Assembly (NCBI GenBank): GCA_964016885.1
Contig: OZ024760.1
Location: 5,828,001 to 5,892,000, forward strand
Direction: 5' to 3'
From: Eledone cirrhosa
Lineage: Eukaryota
DNA length: 64,000 bases
Under the pieces are notes generated by a model. That model saw only the letters and a list, made by a program, of their open reading frames with translations. It had not been told where the DNA came from and ran no database searches. Positions 24,743 to 37,420 of this stretch are shown piece after piece (position 1 is the stretch's first letter; every line of letters starts with the position of its first letter). The translations under genes and the position numbers were made by a program.

Positions 24743-27336
24743 CGGAGAGGCGGTTTTCCTTTGTGTGATAGCTATGGCGAAAGAGGTTGTATGGTGGACA
24801 AGGTTGAAAGGGCTGAGGTCAGACACCTTTCTCTCCGGCCAACAACTGATTCTTTTTTTCAAATACCACTTTGGAAGAAGAATCAGGATGGAGAGAGAGA
24901 GGTGCTGTACCCCAGCAAGTTTTATGAAAGGTGGGTGAAAGTGGCGAGAATGGCCCGAGTGAATGGGCCTTCTCTCTATATCAGCCTGTAGGTTGAGGAA
25001 AAGAAGGAGGAGAGGAAAGGAGTACAAACTCTTCGTACTCCTGGAGATGAGGGTTGCACATTTTTTTTTCGGGGGTATGTGTTACCCATATAAACTGTCT
25101 CCCTCTATTGGGGAAAATCGACTAACTTTTTAAATTCCATTTGTGATAACATTTTACACGTTTTTATTGTATGTAAACTTCCCCCTTTGTATTTGTCCCC
25201 TTCTTTTGTGCCCCTGTGGCTAATAAAGAAATATATCTATCTATCTATCTATCTATCTGTCTAGCTGTGTAATGGCTATGGTAAAAGATGTTATATGGTG
25301 GACGAGGCTGAAAGGGCTGAGGTCAGACGCCTTTCTCTCTGGCCAACAACTGGTCCGTTTCTTCCGATATCATTTCGGAAGAAGGATCAGGATGGAGAGA
25401 GAGGTGCTGCACCCCAGCCGTTTTTATGAAAGATGGGTGAAAGTGGCGAGAATGGCCCGTGTGAATGGGCCTTCACTCTACATCAGACTATAGGTGAGGA
25501 AGATGAAAGACCAAGGGAGCACCCCTTCTCTGTGCTCCCGAGGAAAAGGGTTGCACACTTTTTTTCGGGGGTGTGTGCGACCCCCCCAAGGCGCCTCCCC
25601 TCTATTGAGGACTTTGTTATAAATTTTATTTTTTATTATATTTTATTTTATATTTATATATTGTTATTGCCTCCTCCTTATTGAGGACGCCTTGTTTTGT
25701 AAACTCCCCCCATTGTACTTGTCCCACTTTTGATGCCCTGGTGGCAAATAAAAGAAACATATCTATCTGTCTAGCTGTGTAATGGCTATGGTAAAAGATG
25801 CTATATGGTGGACGAGGCTGAAAGGGCTGAGGTCAGACACCTTTCTCTCTGGCCAACAACTGGTCCGTTTCTTCAAATACCACTTCAGAAGAAGAATCAG
25901 AGTGGAGAGAGAGGTGCTGCACCCCAGCAAATTTTCCGAAAGGTGGGTGAATGTGGCCAGAATGGCCCGAGTGGTTGGGCCTTCTCTCTATATAAACCTG
26001 TAGGTTGAGGGAAAAGAGGAAGAGAGGAAGGGAGTACTCACTCTTGGTGCACCTGGAGATGAGGGTTGTACATTTTTTCGGGGTGTGTACAACTCATGTG
26101 TAACGCTCCCCCCCCCCTATTGGGGATTTTGATTGTTAAATTTAATATTATTGTTATTAATTCTTTTTCTTTACACGCCTGTATGTAAACTCCCCACTAT
26201 ATGTATGTATTTGGATTTGTCCCCATCTTTTGCGCCCTTGTGGCGAATAAAGAAATTTATCTATTTATCTGTCTGTCTGTCTGTCTGTCTATATGTACTC
26301 CTGGAGATGAGGGTTGCACATTTTTTCGGGGGTATGTTACCCATATGAACTGTCTCCCCCTATTGGGAAAAAAAATCGATTAATTTTTAAATTGCATTTG
26401 TGATAACATTTAACATGTTTTTATTGTATGTAAACTTCCCCCTTTGTATTGTCCCCTTCTTTTGTGCCCCTGTGGCTAATAAAGAAACATATCTGTCTAT
26501 ATCTATCTATCTATTTGTCTATTTATCTAACTATGTATCTATCTATCACAGAGGGAAGACAGGAACAACTACAAAACGAGTTCCTGGTGTTGAGGGTTGT
26601 TCTATCCACGGGGTGTAAAACAACCCTGCAGTAACGTTCCCCCCTATTGGGGATTTCGATTGTTTTATTTTGTATATAGTTTATTGTTATTCATCATTGT
26701 TAAAGATTTTATGTAAAACCCCCACCGTCAGGTCGTGTAATGTCCCATTTTTGTACGCCCCTGTGGTAAATAAAGACATATCTATCTGTCTATCTGTCTA
26801 TCTATCTAACCGCCAGCCTCTTTCAAAAACGAAAGAGAGGCGGTTTTCCTCTGTACGGTGGCTATGGTGAAAGAAGTTATATGGTGGACGAGGTTGAGAG
26901 GACTGAGGACAGATGCCTTTCTCTCCGGACAACAATTGATTCTCTTGTTTAAGTATCACTTTAGAAGGAGAATAAGGGTGGAGAGAGAGGCACTGCACCC
27001 CAGTAAATTTACTGAAAGGTGGGTGAATGTGGTGAGAATGGCCCGAGTGATTGGGCCTTCTCTGTTTATAAGCCTATAGGTTGAGGAAGAGAGCAAAAGG
27101 AAGAAAGGAGCACTTGCACAACACGCTCCTGGAGTTGAGGGTTGTTCTATCTACGGGGTATTAAACAACCCATTTGTGGCGCCTCCCCCCTATTGGGGAT
27201 TTCGATTGTTGTAATTGTTTGTTTTTATATTTTTTACATAACTGTATGTAAAATCCCCGGCATGTCTTTGTATTGTCCCCTTTTCTTGTGTGCCCTTGTG
27301 GCTAATAAAGAAATATATCTATCTATCTATCTATCT
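24743..27336 (+). mobile_element. Head-to-tail array of six 5'-truncated L1/Tx1-like LINE 3' ends separated by (TCTA)n/(TCTG)n
   Basis: Four copies encode AM(A/V)K(E/D)xxWWTRL(K/R)GLR..RIRxERE..ERWVxVxRMARVxGPSL..L* (24745, 25262, 25772, 26811), the first frameshifted; two are 3'UTR only; each ends AATAAA then (TATC)n. Clade assignment tentative. Confidence 0.7.
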
Positions 27337-30300
27337 GCTTCTTTGCCTCCCTACCCACCCACATGGGCGGAGATGGTGAGAGCAGACCTCAGATTGCTGA
27401 AACTCACCGAGGAGATAATGAAGGACAATGACAAGTGGAGAGATGCTGTGCTGAATAGGACCCGTCCAATCCTTGCAAGCTGGGAAAAGCGGACATAAAA
27501 TGATGATGATGATGATATATGTTCTTCTGGTTTAATAATTTTATAGATTTTTACCAGTAGAGAGAGAGTCGGTTTGTAACATAGATACAGGGACACTCTC
27601 ATTGGAATTTAAACAACATCAACTAGGTAGATATGTCTGCATGTCTGCATCCATGTGTATGTGTGTGTGTGTGCAGTTATGGATGCTAATGTATGTGTGG
27701 ATGTGTATGTTTTGAGTTATATATGGGCATGTGCATATGCTTAAAATCTGTACATGTGTATATGCAGTTATTCATGTATGTATGTATGTATGTATGTCAG
27801 GTCACTTGAGTACTATTGGTAACATGTAACCCAGTACAATCTGTCGCATGGTTGGGTCGTCGGCGACTAAACCGGTAACCCCACCAAGTGTACTTGGTGA
27901 CGAGGGTGATTTTGGACACCCTGCAGGATAAAAAAACAAAACCTGACAAAGGGCGGAAAAACTCATAAGAGTCAACGGCCATCCAATAACGTGTAAATAT
28001 GTATATATGTGTATGCATGTGTATGTATGTATTTACATGTATGCATGTACATATATGCGCGGGGGCATAGAAATAATCGGGTTGGATACCCGATCACGTG
28101 GTTAAACCACTGGGAGTGAATGACCCCTAGCCTTTGTTAGGACATTCTTCTAGGAGAAGGCAATTCAGAAAACTCCGACATAAAACCTGCGGTTCTGTAG
28201 TTACCGATGATGTTGATCCTTTCTTCTTTTCAGGTTATAGCTACTGTTGCTCAGAGAGTGGGATTGGCTCAGTGCACAGTCTTTCCTCACTTTAAGAAAA
28301 ATCTTCACACACAGACATTACATGATAGAATTAATTAATAATTATTAATAATGTTATATCGTGCAATGGCCTACTCGATAACAAGGGGGTAGCCATAATG
28401 CATGTATGTATAAATGTATGTATGTATATATGTGTGTTTATGTGTATGTGTATATGTATACATGTATGTTTATATGTATGTATGTGTGCATGTATGTATG
28501 TGTGTTTGTATATGTGTATGTTTATATGTATGTGTGCACATATATATGTATGTATGTATTTTATCATCTCGAAAGACACAAAAGCTACAGTTGACCTCAA
28601 CGGAATTTGAACTCAGAGAGGAGAAAGTAAAACATTCTGACGTCCGAACAACTCTGTTGCCAATAAACTGTCAAGTCTCATCACCACCAACTCCTCCTCC
28701 ACCATTATCACTATCACCAACACCACAATCACCACCAACACCACCACCAACACCACCACCAACACCACCACTATCAGCACTACCACAAACACCATCAACA
28801 CCACCACTATCAGCACTGCCACACCACTATCACTACCACCACTAACACTATAACCAACACTATCACCAGCAACACCACCACCACTATCAGCACTGCCACA
28901 AACACCACCAACACCACCACTATCAGCACCACCACTAACACTATAACCAACACTATCACCACCAACACCACCACCACTATCAGCACTACCACAAACACCA
29001 CCAACACCACCACTATCAGCACCACCACAAACACCACCAACACACCACTATCACTACCACCACTAACACTATCACCGACACTATCACCACCAAGACTATC
29101 ACCACCAACACCACCACCACCACCACTGTACTACACTACACTATACTACACTACACCACTAACACCACCACTGTACTACACTACACCACTAACACCACCA
29201 CCATCACTACTATACTACACTATACTACACTACACCACCACCACCACTACTATACTACACTACACTACTAACACCACCACTGTACTACACTACACCACTA
29301 ACACCACCACCACTGTACTACACTACACCACTAACACCACCACCACCACCATTGTACTACACTACACTATACTACACCACTAACACCACCACCACCACCA
29401 CCACTACTATACTACATTATACTACACTACACCACCACTACTATACTACACTACACCACCACCACCACTACTACACTACACTACACTACACACCACTAAC
29501 ACCACCACCACCACCACCACTGTACTACACTACACCACTAACACCACCACCACCACCACTACTATACTACACCACTACCACCACTACTACACTGTACTAC
29601 ACTACACCACTAACACCACCACCGCTACTACACTGTACTACACTACACCACTAACACCACCACTGTACTACACTATACTACACTATACTACACCACCACC
29701 ACTGTACTACACTACACTACACTACTATACTACACTATACTACACTACACTAATATATGTAGACCGTGAGTGTAGAATAACATGCAAAAGAGATGTATAT
29801 AGATTTTTTGTTTTGTGTCCAGATAGAATGAAATCCATATATACAGCATGGTATGGGGGTGGGGTTGTTGGGGTGGGGTCTGCTGAGTAATGTAGCAGCA
29901 GCAGCAGCAGCAGCACTGTAATAGTTGTTATCATAACCTCCATCATAAGCAGCATCATCACCAATCATCATCATCATCACCATAGTGATTGTAATAGGTG
30001 TTATCATAACCACCATCATAACCACCATCATAAGCACCATCATCATCAACATAACCGCCATCATAATATCAATCATCATCATCATCATAGTCATCATAAT
30101 AGGTGTTATCATAACCACCATCATCATCAATATAACCACCATCATAATATCAATCATCATCATCATCATCATCGTCATCATCATCATCATCATCATAGTC
30201 ATAATCATCATCGTCATATCCAACACCTTCACCACCACCACACCCTCGACACCACTACCATCACTACCACACCACTGCCACCACCACCATCACACACAGC

Positions 30301-30791
30301 ATGACCACACCACAGCCACCACCACCACCATCACCTCCACACTACCACCACCATTACTACCACCACCACCATCACCACCACACCACTACCACCACCACCA
30401 CACCACTACCACCACCACCACACCACTACCACCACCACCACACCACCGCCACCACCACCACCACCACCATCACCACCACACCACACCACAACCACTATAC
30501 AGGTATGTATTAACTTATAATACCTGTAGATCAATCAATATATTTAAAGTACTTTCTTGTTGTTGTTGTTGTTGTGGTATATATTTCTATATTTGGCAGG
30601 TGTAATATATAATTCCTTTGATAACATTTGGTCAGTATAAAGTAATTGGCTGCACCTGGAAACCTGCAGTTTATACTGCACTGCACTGTTGCAGCTGCTC
30701 TTGTGCAGCTGCTCTTGTGCAGCTGCTCTTGTAGTTGCATATTTGTGACCATTCTTGTAGTTGCATTTTTGCGACTGTTGTTGCATTATTG

Positions 30792-31323
30792 AGGACGGTG
30801 GATTGGCAGAGAGTCGGACACCATGCTTTGCAAGCATGGAGTTACGGCCCTTTGCATTCTGAGTTCAAAATCTCGTCGAGGGTAGCTTAGCCTTTCATCT
30901 TTATGGGGTCGACAAAATAAAGTACCAGTCACACACTGGGGTTGATTTAAAGTTGCATTAATGTAACTGTTGTTGTTGTTGCTGCTGGATTATTGCAACT
31001 GTTTTTGTTGTTGCATTATTGCGACTGTTGTTGTTGCATTATTGCGACTGTTGTTGTTGTTGCATTATTGCAACTGTTGTTGCATTATTGCAACTGTTGT
31101 TGCATTATTGCAACTGTTGTTGTTGCATTATTGGCGGTGGATTGGCAGTATGGGTAGAGGGTCGGACGCCATGCTTTGATGCATAGAGTTACGGCCCTTG
31201 CCATTCTGAGTTCAAATCCCGCCGAGGTCAACTTTGCCTTTCATCCTTACGGGGTCGATAAAATAAAGTACCAGTAATGTACTGGGGTAATTGCTGGCCT
31301 TGTGCCAAAAGTAGAAACAATTA
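30792..31323 (+). mobile_element. Two tRNA-derived SINE copies (30792-30950, 31133-31323)
   Basis: Same A/B boxes and core. Confidence 0.8.
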
Positions 31324-31604
31324 TTGCATCTGCTGTTGTTGTTGTTGTTGCACTATAACAACTTGTATTGTTGTTGCACTGCAATTATGCAGTTTAACTG
31401 CATTATTACAGCTGTTGTTCGATTTTTGTCGCTGTTTGTTGTTGCATTGTACTACAACAGCAACAACAACAACAACAATACAATGTTGTAATATCCTGTT
31501 TAGTTCTCTGGGACAATAATGAACATTTTAACAACTATTTCTAAGAAACTGTAAATTCACTGGAATATACACACATACACAGACATATATACACATATAC
31601 ACAC

Positions 31605-31654
<50 letters not shown>

Positions 31655-33025
31655 TTATACACGCACACAGGCATATATACACGCAGATACACAGAAACAT
31701 ATATATACACACACACACACACATACATATATACACACAGACACACACCCACACATACACACACATATACACACAGATACACATATACACACAGACACAT
31801 GAAACCAGGCAAGTCAGTAAAAGGTGGTGCCCCAGCATGGCCAGTCTAATGATTGAAAACAGTAAAAGAGGAGAAGGTACTGGTGCCTCAGCATGGCCAC
31901 AATAGTAAAAAGTGTCTAACCCTTTAACATAGCACAAATATTTAATGAAATGACCCGTTCTACTTCCATAATGTGCAGTCGATCAAACTGGCCGTGCTAT
32001 GTGATTGATAAATATTTCAGTAATGATGAATGATTGAGAGACAAATACATCACCCCTCTCCTCCCTCCCCCCTATTTATGACAGGATTTCAATTCACTTA
32101 ACCTCTTAGCATGTAAACTGGATATATCCGGCCAGAATTCTCTCACCTCTTTCTGTTCAAACCGGCCATAACCGGCTGCCCATACAGACGTTAACCCTTT
32201 AGCATTTACATTACTCTATATTTGCGATTGTATTTTCACAGTAAACACTTTGCCTCACATAATTATCTCACATAATATTGAATCTATGAGATTTTGATAT
32301 TATTTATTTTGTGAACAATACTTTAACATCAGTATGAGTGGCTGGTTAGAGATGATTTGAACAGAAAGAGATGAGAAAATTCTGACCGGATATGGCTGGT
32401 TTAAATGTTAAAGGGTTAAAATAAATACTAACAAAATCTTGTAAATTCAATATTATGTGAGATAATTATGTACGATAAAGATTTTACCACAAAAATACAA
32501 TACTAAAAATAGAGAAATGTAAATGGTTAAAATACAGAGGAGATGGTATTTGGCACAGTGGTTAAAACATCAGATAGAATAATTTGCTGTATTCATTCCA
32601 GTTCTCTTCAGTTCAAATCCCACCGAGGTCAACTTTACTTTTCTATATTTCTTTCTCACTCCATTCTCTTCTCTTTGGGGAGAAATAAGCTGTGTTATGA
32701 CCTCCAACAGAATATCAATTCACTTAACCCATTAACATTTACATTACTCTATATTTACTCATATATTTTCGTGGTAAAGGCTTTATCTTACTTAATATCT
32801 CACATTATATCGAATCTATGAGATTTTGATATTTATTTTGAGAACAATAGCTTAATATCAGTATGAGTGGCCAGTTACAACCAGTTTGAACAGAAAGAAG
32901 TGAAAGAATTCTGGCCGGATATGGCCAATTTAACTATCAGAGGGTTCCATGTAGAGCTGTGATCAGTGTGCTATGGTTCCTGGAAAAATATTTTATTCGG
33001 GACAGTAAAATTATAAATCAACAGC

Positions 33026-33071
<46 letters not shown>

Positions 33072-33129
33072 ATATTTCGTTTCTGAATTTGTTTAGCAAG
33101 ATTCTTTATCTGAAATCGTGTGTTGAAAC

Positions 33130-33363
33130 CGATATTGTTATACTTTGGGAGGGTCATGTTGCCAATGAAGAGGTCACAGAGTGTGTGACGAAAGAACTAT
33201 GACTATATATATATAAACAACTATCTGGTTGTGGAACCAACCAACCAACCAGAAATTTATAAATTTGTAAATTTATAAATATTTAATAAATTAAATTGAA
33301 GTGAAAGCAACTGGTGCGTGTGTTTCTTATTGGCAACATGACCCTCCCAAAGTATAACAATAT
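33130..33363. repeat. Element with about 35-bp inverted ends; relatives at about 7800-7900, 47130-47345, 48585-48655
   Basis: ATATTGTTATACTTTGGGAGGGTCATGTTGCCAAT and its reverse complement. Confidence 0.6.
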
Positions 33364-33364
33364 A

Positions 33365-33845
33365 TAATAATAATAATAATGAAATTATTGTGTACAGTGC
33401 TCAGGTGCACTACAACTCGTCAAAGGTGCATGTATAGTACATAGAATAATACACAAATGTCAGGGAAGTGAATAGTGTAGGAGTCATGATATACATGTGT
33501 GTATGTGTATGGAGGGGCAACATTAGGTGTAGTGTTGGCGAATCTCGGGAAGCATGGGGGTTTTAAAGGATGCAGTGTCACGACAGCTAACAACTGATGC
33601 AGGAAGTTTGTTCCATGCTTCAGCAACTCTGAGCATGAAAAAATGTTTCCGAAAGTCATGGGAACTGTATTGTTTTCTGACTTTGTGGGCATGCCCACGT
33701 GTGTTAGACACATGGAAATCAAAAAGGTACTCAGGGTTGTTGTTAACAATTTTGTGGGTGTTTACCAAGTCAGTTGCCAGGCGTCGGAGCTTCAATGTAT
33801 CCATGCCCAGGGAAGCAAGGCGCTCAGAGTATGCTAGATGCCTGA
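33365..33845 (-). mobile_element. CR1/L2-group LINE 3' fragment, same family
   Basis: HLAYSERLASLGMDTLKLRRL..RKHFFMLRVAEAWNKLP. Confidence 0.85.
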
Positions 33846-34500
33846 TATATAATATATATACTGTGATGATATTAGCTAAGCTGGTCGCACAGATAATGAA
33901 GAGCAGATTGATATGAAATAATTGATAGAAAACCAAGAACAAAAAAAAAAAGAAAGAAAAAAGGGAAAAGACAGGAAAATCAGCGAAATATTCCCCAGAA
34001 AAACTAATCCTACTTTATTCCATGATTAAAGTAACTAGCTATTTGCAGGGTTGGAGATTATATAGCAAGATAAAGGAGTCACAGAGCTAAACAGAAGCCA
34101 TTATGAGATGAACACATATGATAAATAAGCAGCTTGGGTTATATATGAAAGATAGTAAAACCATGCAATGTTTGCTGATGGATAGAATATCCTTTGTATT
34201 GAAAATAATACTCATTATTTTAGTTTCCAATATCAACTATCAGCTATCGGGGGGGGGGGGGGGGTAATTTATTTGTTTTGGGGGATTTTTTGGTGAGTTT
34301 TTCCAAAGAGAATAACTAAGTCCTCATGCGACATTTCTATCAAGATGATGTTGTGCTTATTATTGTTGTCATCATTGTTGTTGTCATTATTGTTTAACTT
34401 TAAAGTACCAGTAATACACTGGGTAATTGCTGGCCTTGTGCCAAAAGTAGAAACAATTATTGTTTAACTTTAAGCCTTGTACCACAGCATTCAATAATCA

Positions 34501-34985
34501 GAAGAAGGGAGGCAGGCGTAAAGGCCAAACTCGCTGTCTTCAATTCAGTATTTGTGCCAGCCCTTACCTATGGTCATGAATCTTGGGTAATGACCAAAAG
34601 AATATGATTACGAATACAAGTGGCCGGAATGGGGTTCCTCCGAAGGGTCTTTGGAGTAACATTACTCAATAGAGTGCATAACTCGGAGATCAGAAAGTCA
34701 CTCCAGGTAGAGCCACTACTTCTCCGAATTGAGAGACCACAACTCCGATACTATGGGCATGTGGTTAGAATGTCTCAGGAAAGAACCGCTGGACAAATTT
34801 TACAGGCAAAACCAACCAGCAAGAGACCTAGGGGGTAGACCCTGAGCAAGATGCTTTGACAACATCCTTGAGCTTGGTTGGTCATGCTTGGTAATCCAGC
34901 CGAATCAGCTGGAGACAGTTGTTTCTGACAGGACCCACTGGAAGGAGTGCTTGAGGACTCTGCCCCACAACCTTCTCAGACATAA
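34501..34985 (+). mobile_element. RTE-clade LINE ORF C-terminal fragment
   Basis: AKLAVFNSVFVPALTYGHESWVMT..FLRRVFGVT..QLRYYGHVVRM..KRPRG with in-frame stops. Confidence 0.85.
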
Positions 34986-35916
34986 GTGGGTAATTACATT
35001 AGTAGGATATTCTTGAAAAGTACAAAACAGCACTATGACTACACCACATTTAATATTATAAATTTGCACAACAATCTGTCTGTCCACCAGTAAAGATATT
35101 ACAAATGTTTGTACTCAGAAACTACATAGAACCACATTAGGAAGATATTCATAAAAGGTACAAAACAACACTACAACTGCATCACATTAACACTTTAGCA
35201 TTTAAACCAGCTGTATCTGGCCAGAATTCTCTCACCTCTTTCTGTTCAATCCAGCCATAACTGGCCACTCTTACTGATGTTTAGGTATTTTTCTCAAAAT
35301 AAATAATATCAAAATCTCATAGATTCGATATTATGTGAGATAAAGTGTTTACTGGGAAAATATAAATATTGAGTCCCACCCTTGCAAACAGGGAAAAGCG
35401 GACATAAAAATGACGATGATGATGATGAGAGTAATGTAAATGCTAAAGGGCTAATTATGCAAATCTCTACTCTAATACTACAGATTTTCATAACAATCTG
35501 TCCAACAATAAAGTTCCTAGAAACAACTGAATTAACAAACTCAATTTTTAGATATTTTCCACGAAACCATTGCAGGATGTTAAAAGTTAAGGAAATGATC
35601 TAATTTTTCAATCAAAATGACTTTTATTTTCTTTAAACAGATCCTGATTATAACCACCATGAAACACCCACTCACCAAATACCCACCAATTACTAAATAT
35701 ATCTAAAGTATTATAAAGACTTCATTTAAACCAGTAACACTGAAACTAATTGTGTGTGTATATAAACATATATTTATACATAACTGTATACATATACACA
35801 TACAAATACAAGGGTCGGCTGAAAAGTTCATAGGCTGACCATGGACATTAAACGATGTTGATGATGATGTATATATATATGTGTGTGTGTATGTATAAAT
35901 ATATATATATATATAC

Positions 35917-35958
<42 letters not shown>

Positions 35959-36111
35959 GTAATAATAATAAATTTGAAGACTAAAATCCAAAGGAGTCGA
36001 TAAGGATAAATATATATCAAATATATAAGAACCGTAGAGCAAATATTTATTAAAATAACAGATTAAAGTTTAAGCAAAGAATCGCTGCTTTCACCCTTAA
36101 CAGGATCTTCT

Positions 36112-37055
36112 GTGGTGGTGGTGGTGATGGTGGTGATGATGATGATGGATGTGGTGGTGGTGGTGGTGATGGATGTGGTGGTGGTGGTGGTGGTGGTGGT
36201 GGTGGTGGTGGTGGTGATGATGATGGATGTGGTGGTGGTGGTGGTGGTGGTGATGATGATGGATGTGGTGGTGGTGGTGGTGGTGATGATGATGGATGTG
36301 GTGGTGGTGGTGGTGGTGGTGGTGGTGGTGGTGGTGATGATGGATGTGGTGGTGGTGGTGGTGGTGGTGATGATGGATGTGGTGGTGGTGGTGGTGGTGG
36401 TGATGATGGATGTGGTGGTGGTGGTGGTGATGAATGTGGTGGTGGTGGTGATGATGATGATGGATGTGGTGGTGGTGGTGGTGGTGGTGATGATGGATGT
36501 GGTGGTGGTGGTGATGGATGTGGTGGTGATGGATATGGTGGTGGTGGTGGTGGTGGTGGTGATGATGGATGTGGTGGTGGTGGTGGTGATGATGGATGTG
36601 GTGGTGGTGGTGATGGTGATGGATGTGGTGGTGGTGGTGGTGGTGGTGATGATGGATGTGGTGGTGGTGGTGGTGATGATGGATGTGGTGGTGGTGGTGG
36701 TGGTGGTGGTGATGATGGATGTGGTGGTGGTGGTGGTGATGATGGATGTGGTGGTGGTGGTGGTGGTGATGAATGTGGTGGTGGTGGTGATGATGATGGA
36801 TGTGGTGGTGGTGGTGGTGGTGGTGGTGGTGATGATGGATGTGGTGGTGGTGGTGGTGATGAATGTGGTGGTGGTGGTGGTGATGGATGTGGATGTGGTG
36901 GTGGTGGTGGTGGTGATGATGATGATGGATGTGGTGGTGGTGGTGGTGGTGGTGATGATGGATGTGGTGGTGGTGGTGGTGGTGATGATGATGGATGTGG
37001 TGGTGGTGGTGGTGGTGATGATGATGGATGTGGTGGTGGTGGTGGTGGTGGTGAT
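36112..37055. repeat. (GTG)n(ATG)nGAT compound repeat
   Basis: Seen directly. Confidence 0.95.
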
Positions 37056-37420
37056 ATGGGTTTGTGTTTAGTTGAGCATAACCTAACTCAGATCAGTGTA
37101 GTTAATCTTGAGGGTTAGAGAGGGGCGGGGGGAGTTAGAGAGAGATAGAGAGAGAGAGAGAGGGGGTAGAGTTGGGGGAGGGAGAGGGGCGGAGGAAGAG
37201 AGAGAGAGAGAGGAAGAGATAGATAACGAGACGAGAGAGGGTTGGAAGAGATAGAGAGAGAGAAAGAGAGAGATAGAGAGAGGAAGAGATAGATAGAGGG
37301 GGGTGGAGAAAGAGAGGAGAGAAAGAGAATGGAGAGGGGGAGAAGGAGAGGGCTGAGTGAGGAGAAGATGCACTGAATGACTATTCAGCATTAACTTGTA
37401 TAACTCCTGCTACAGCTGTC

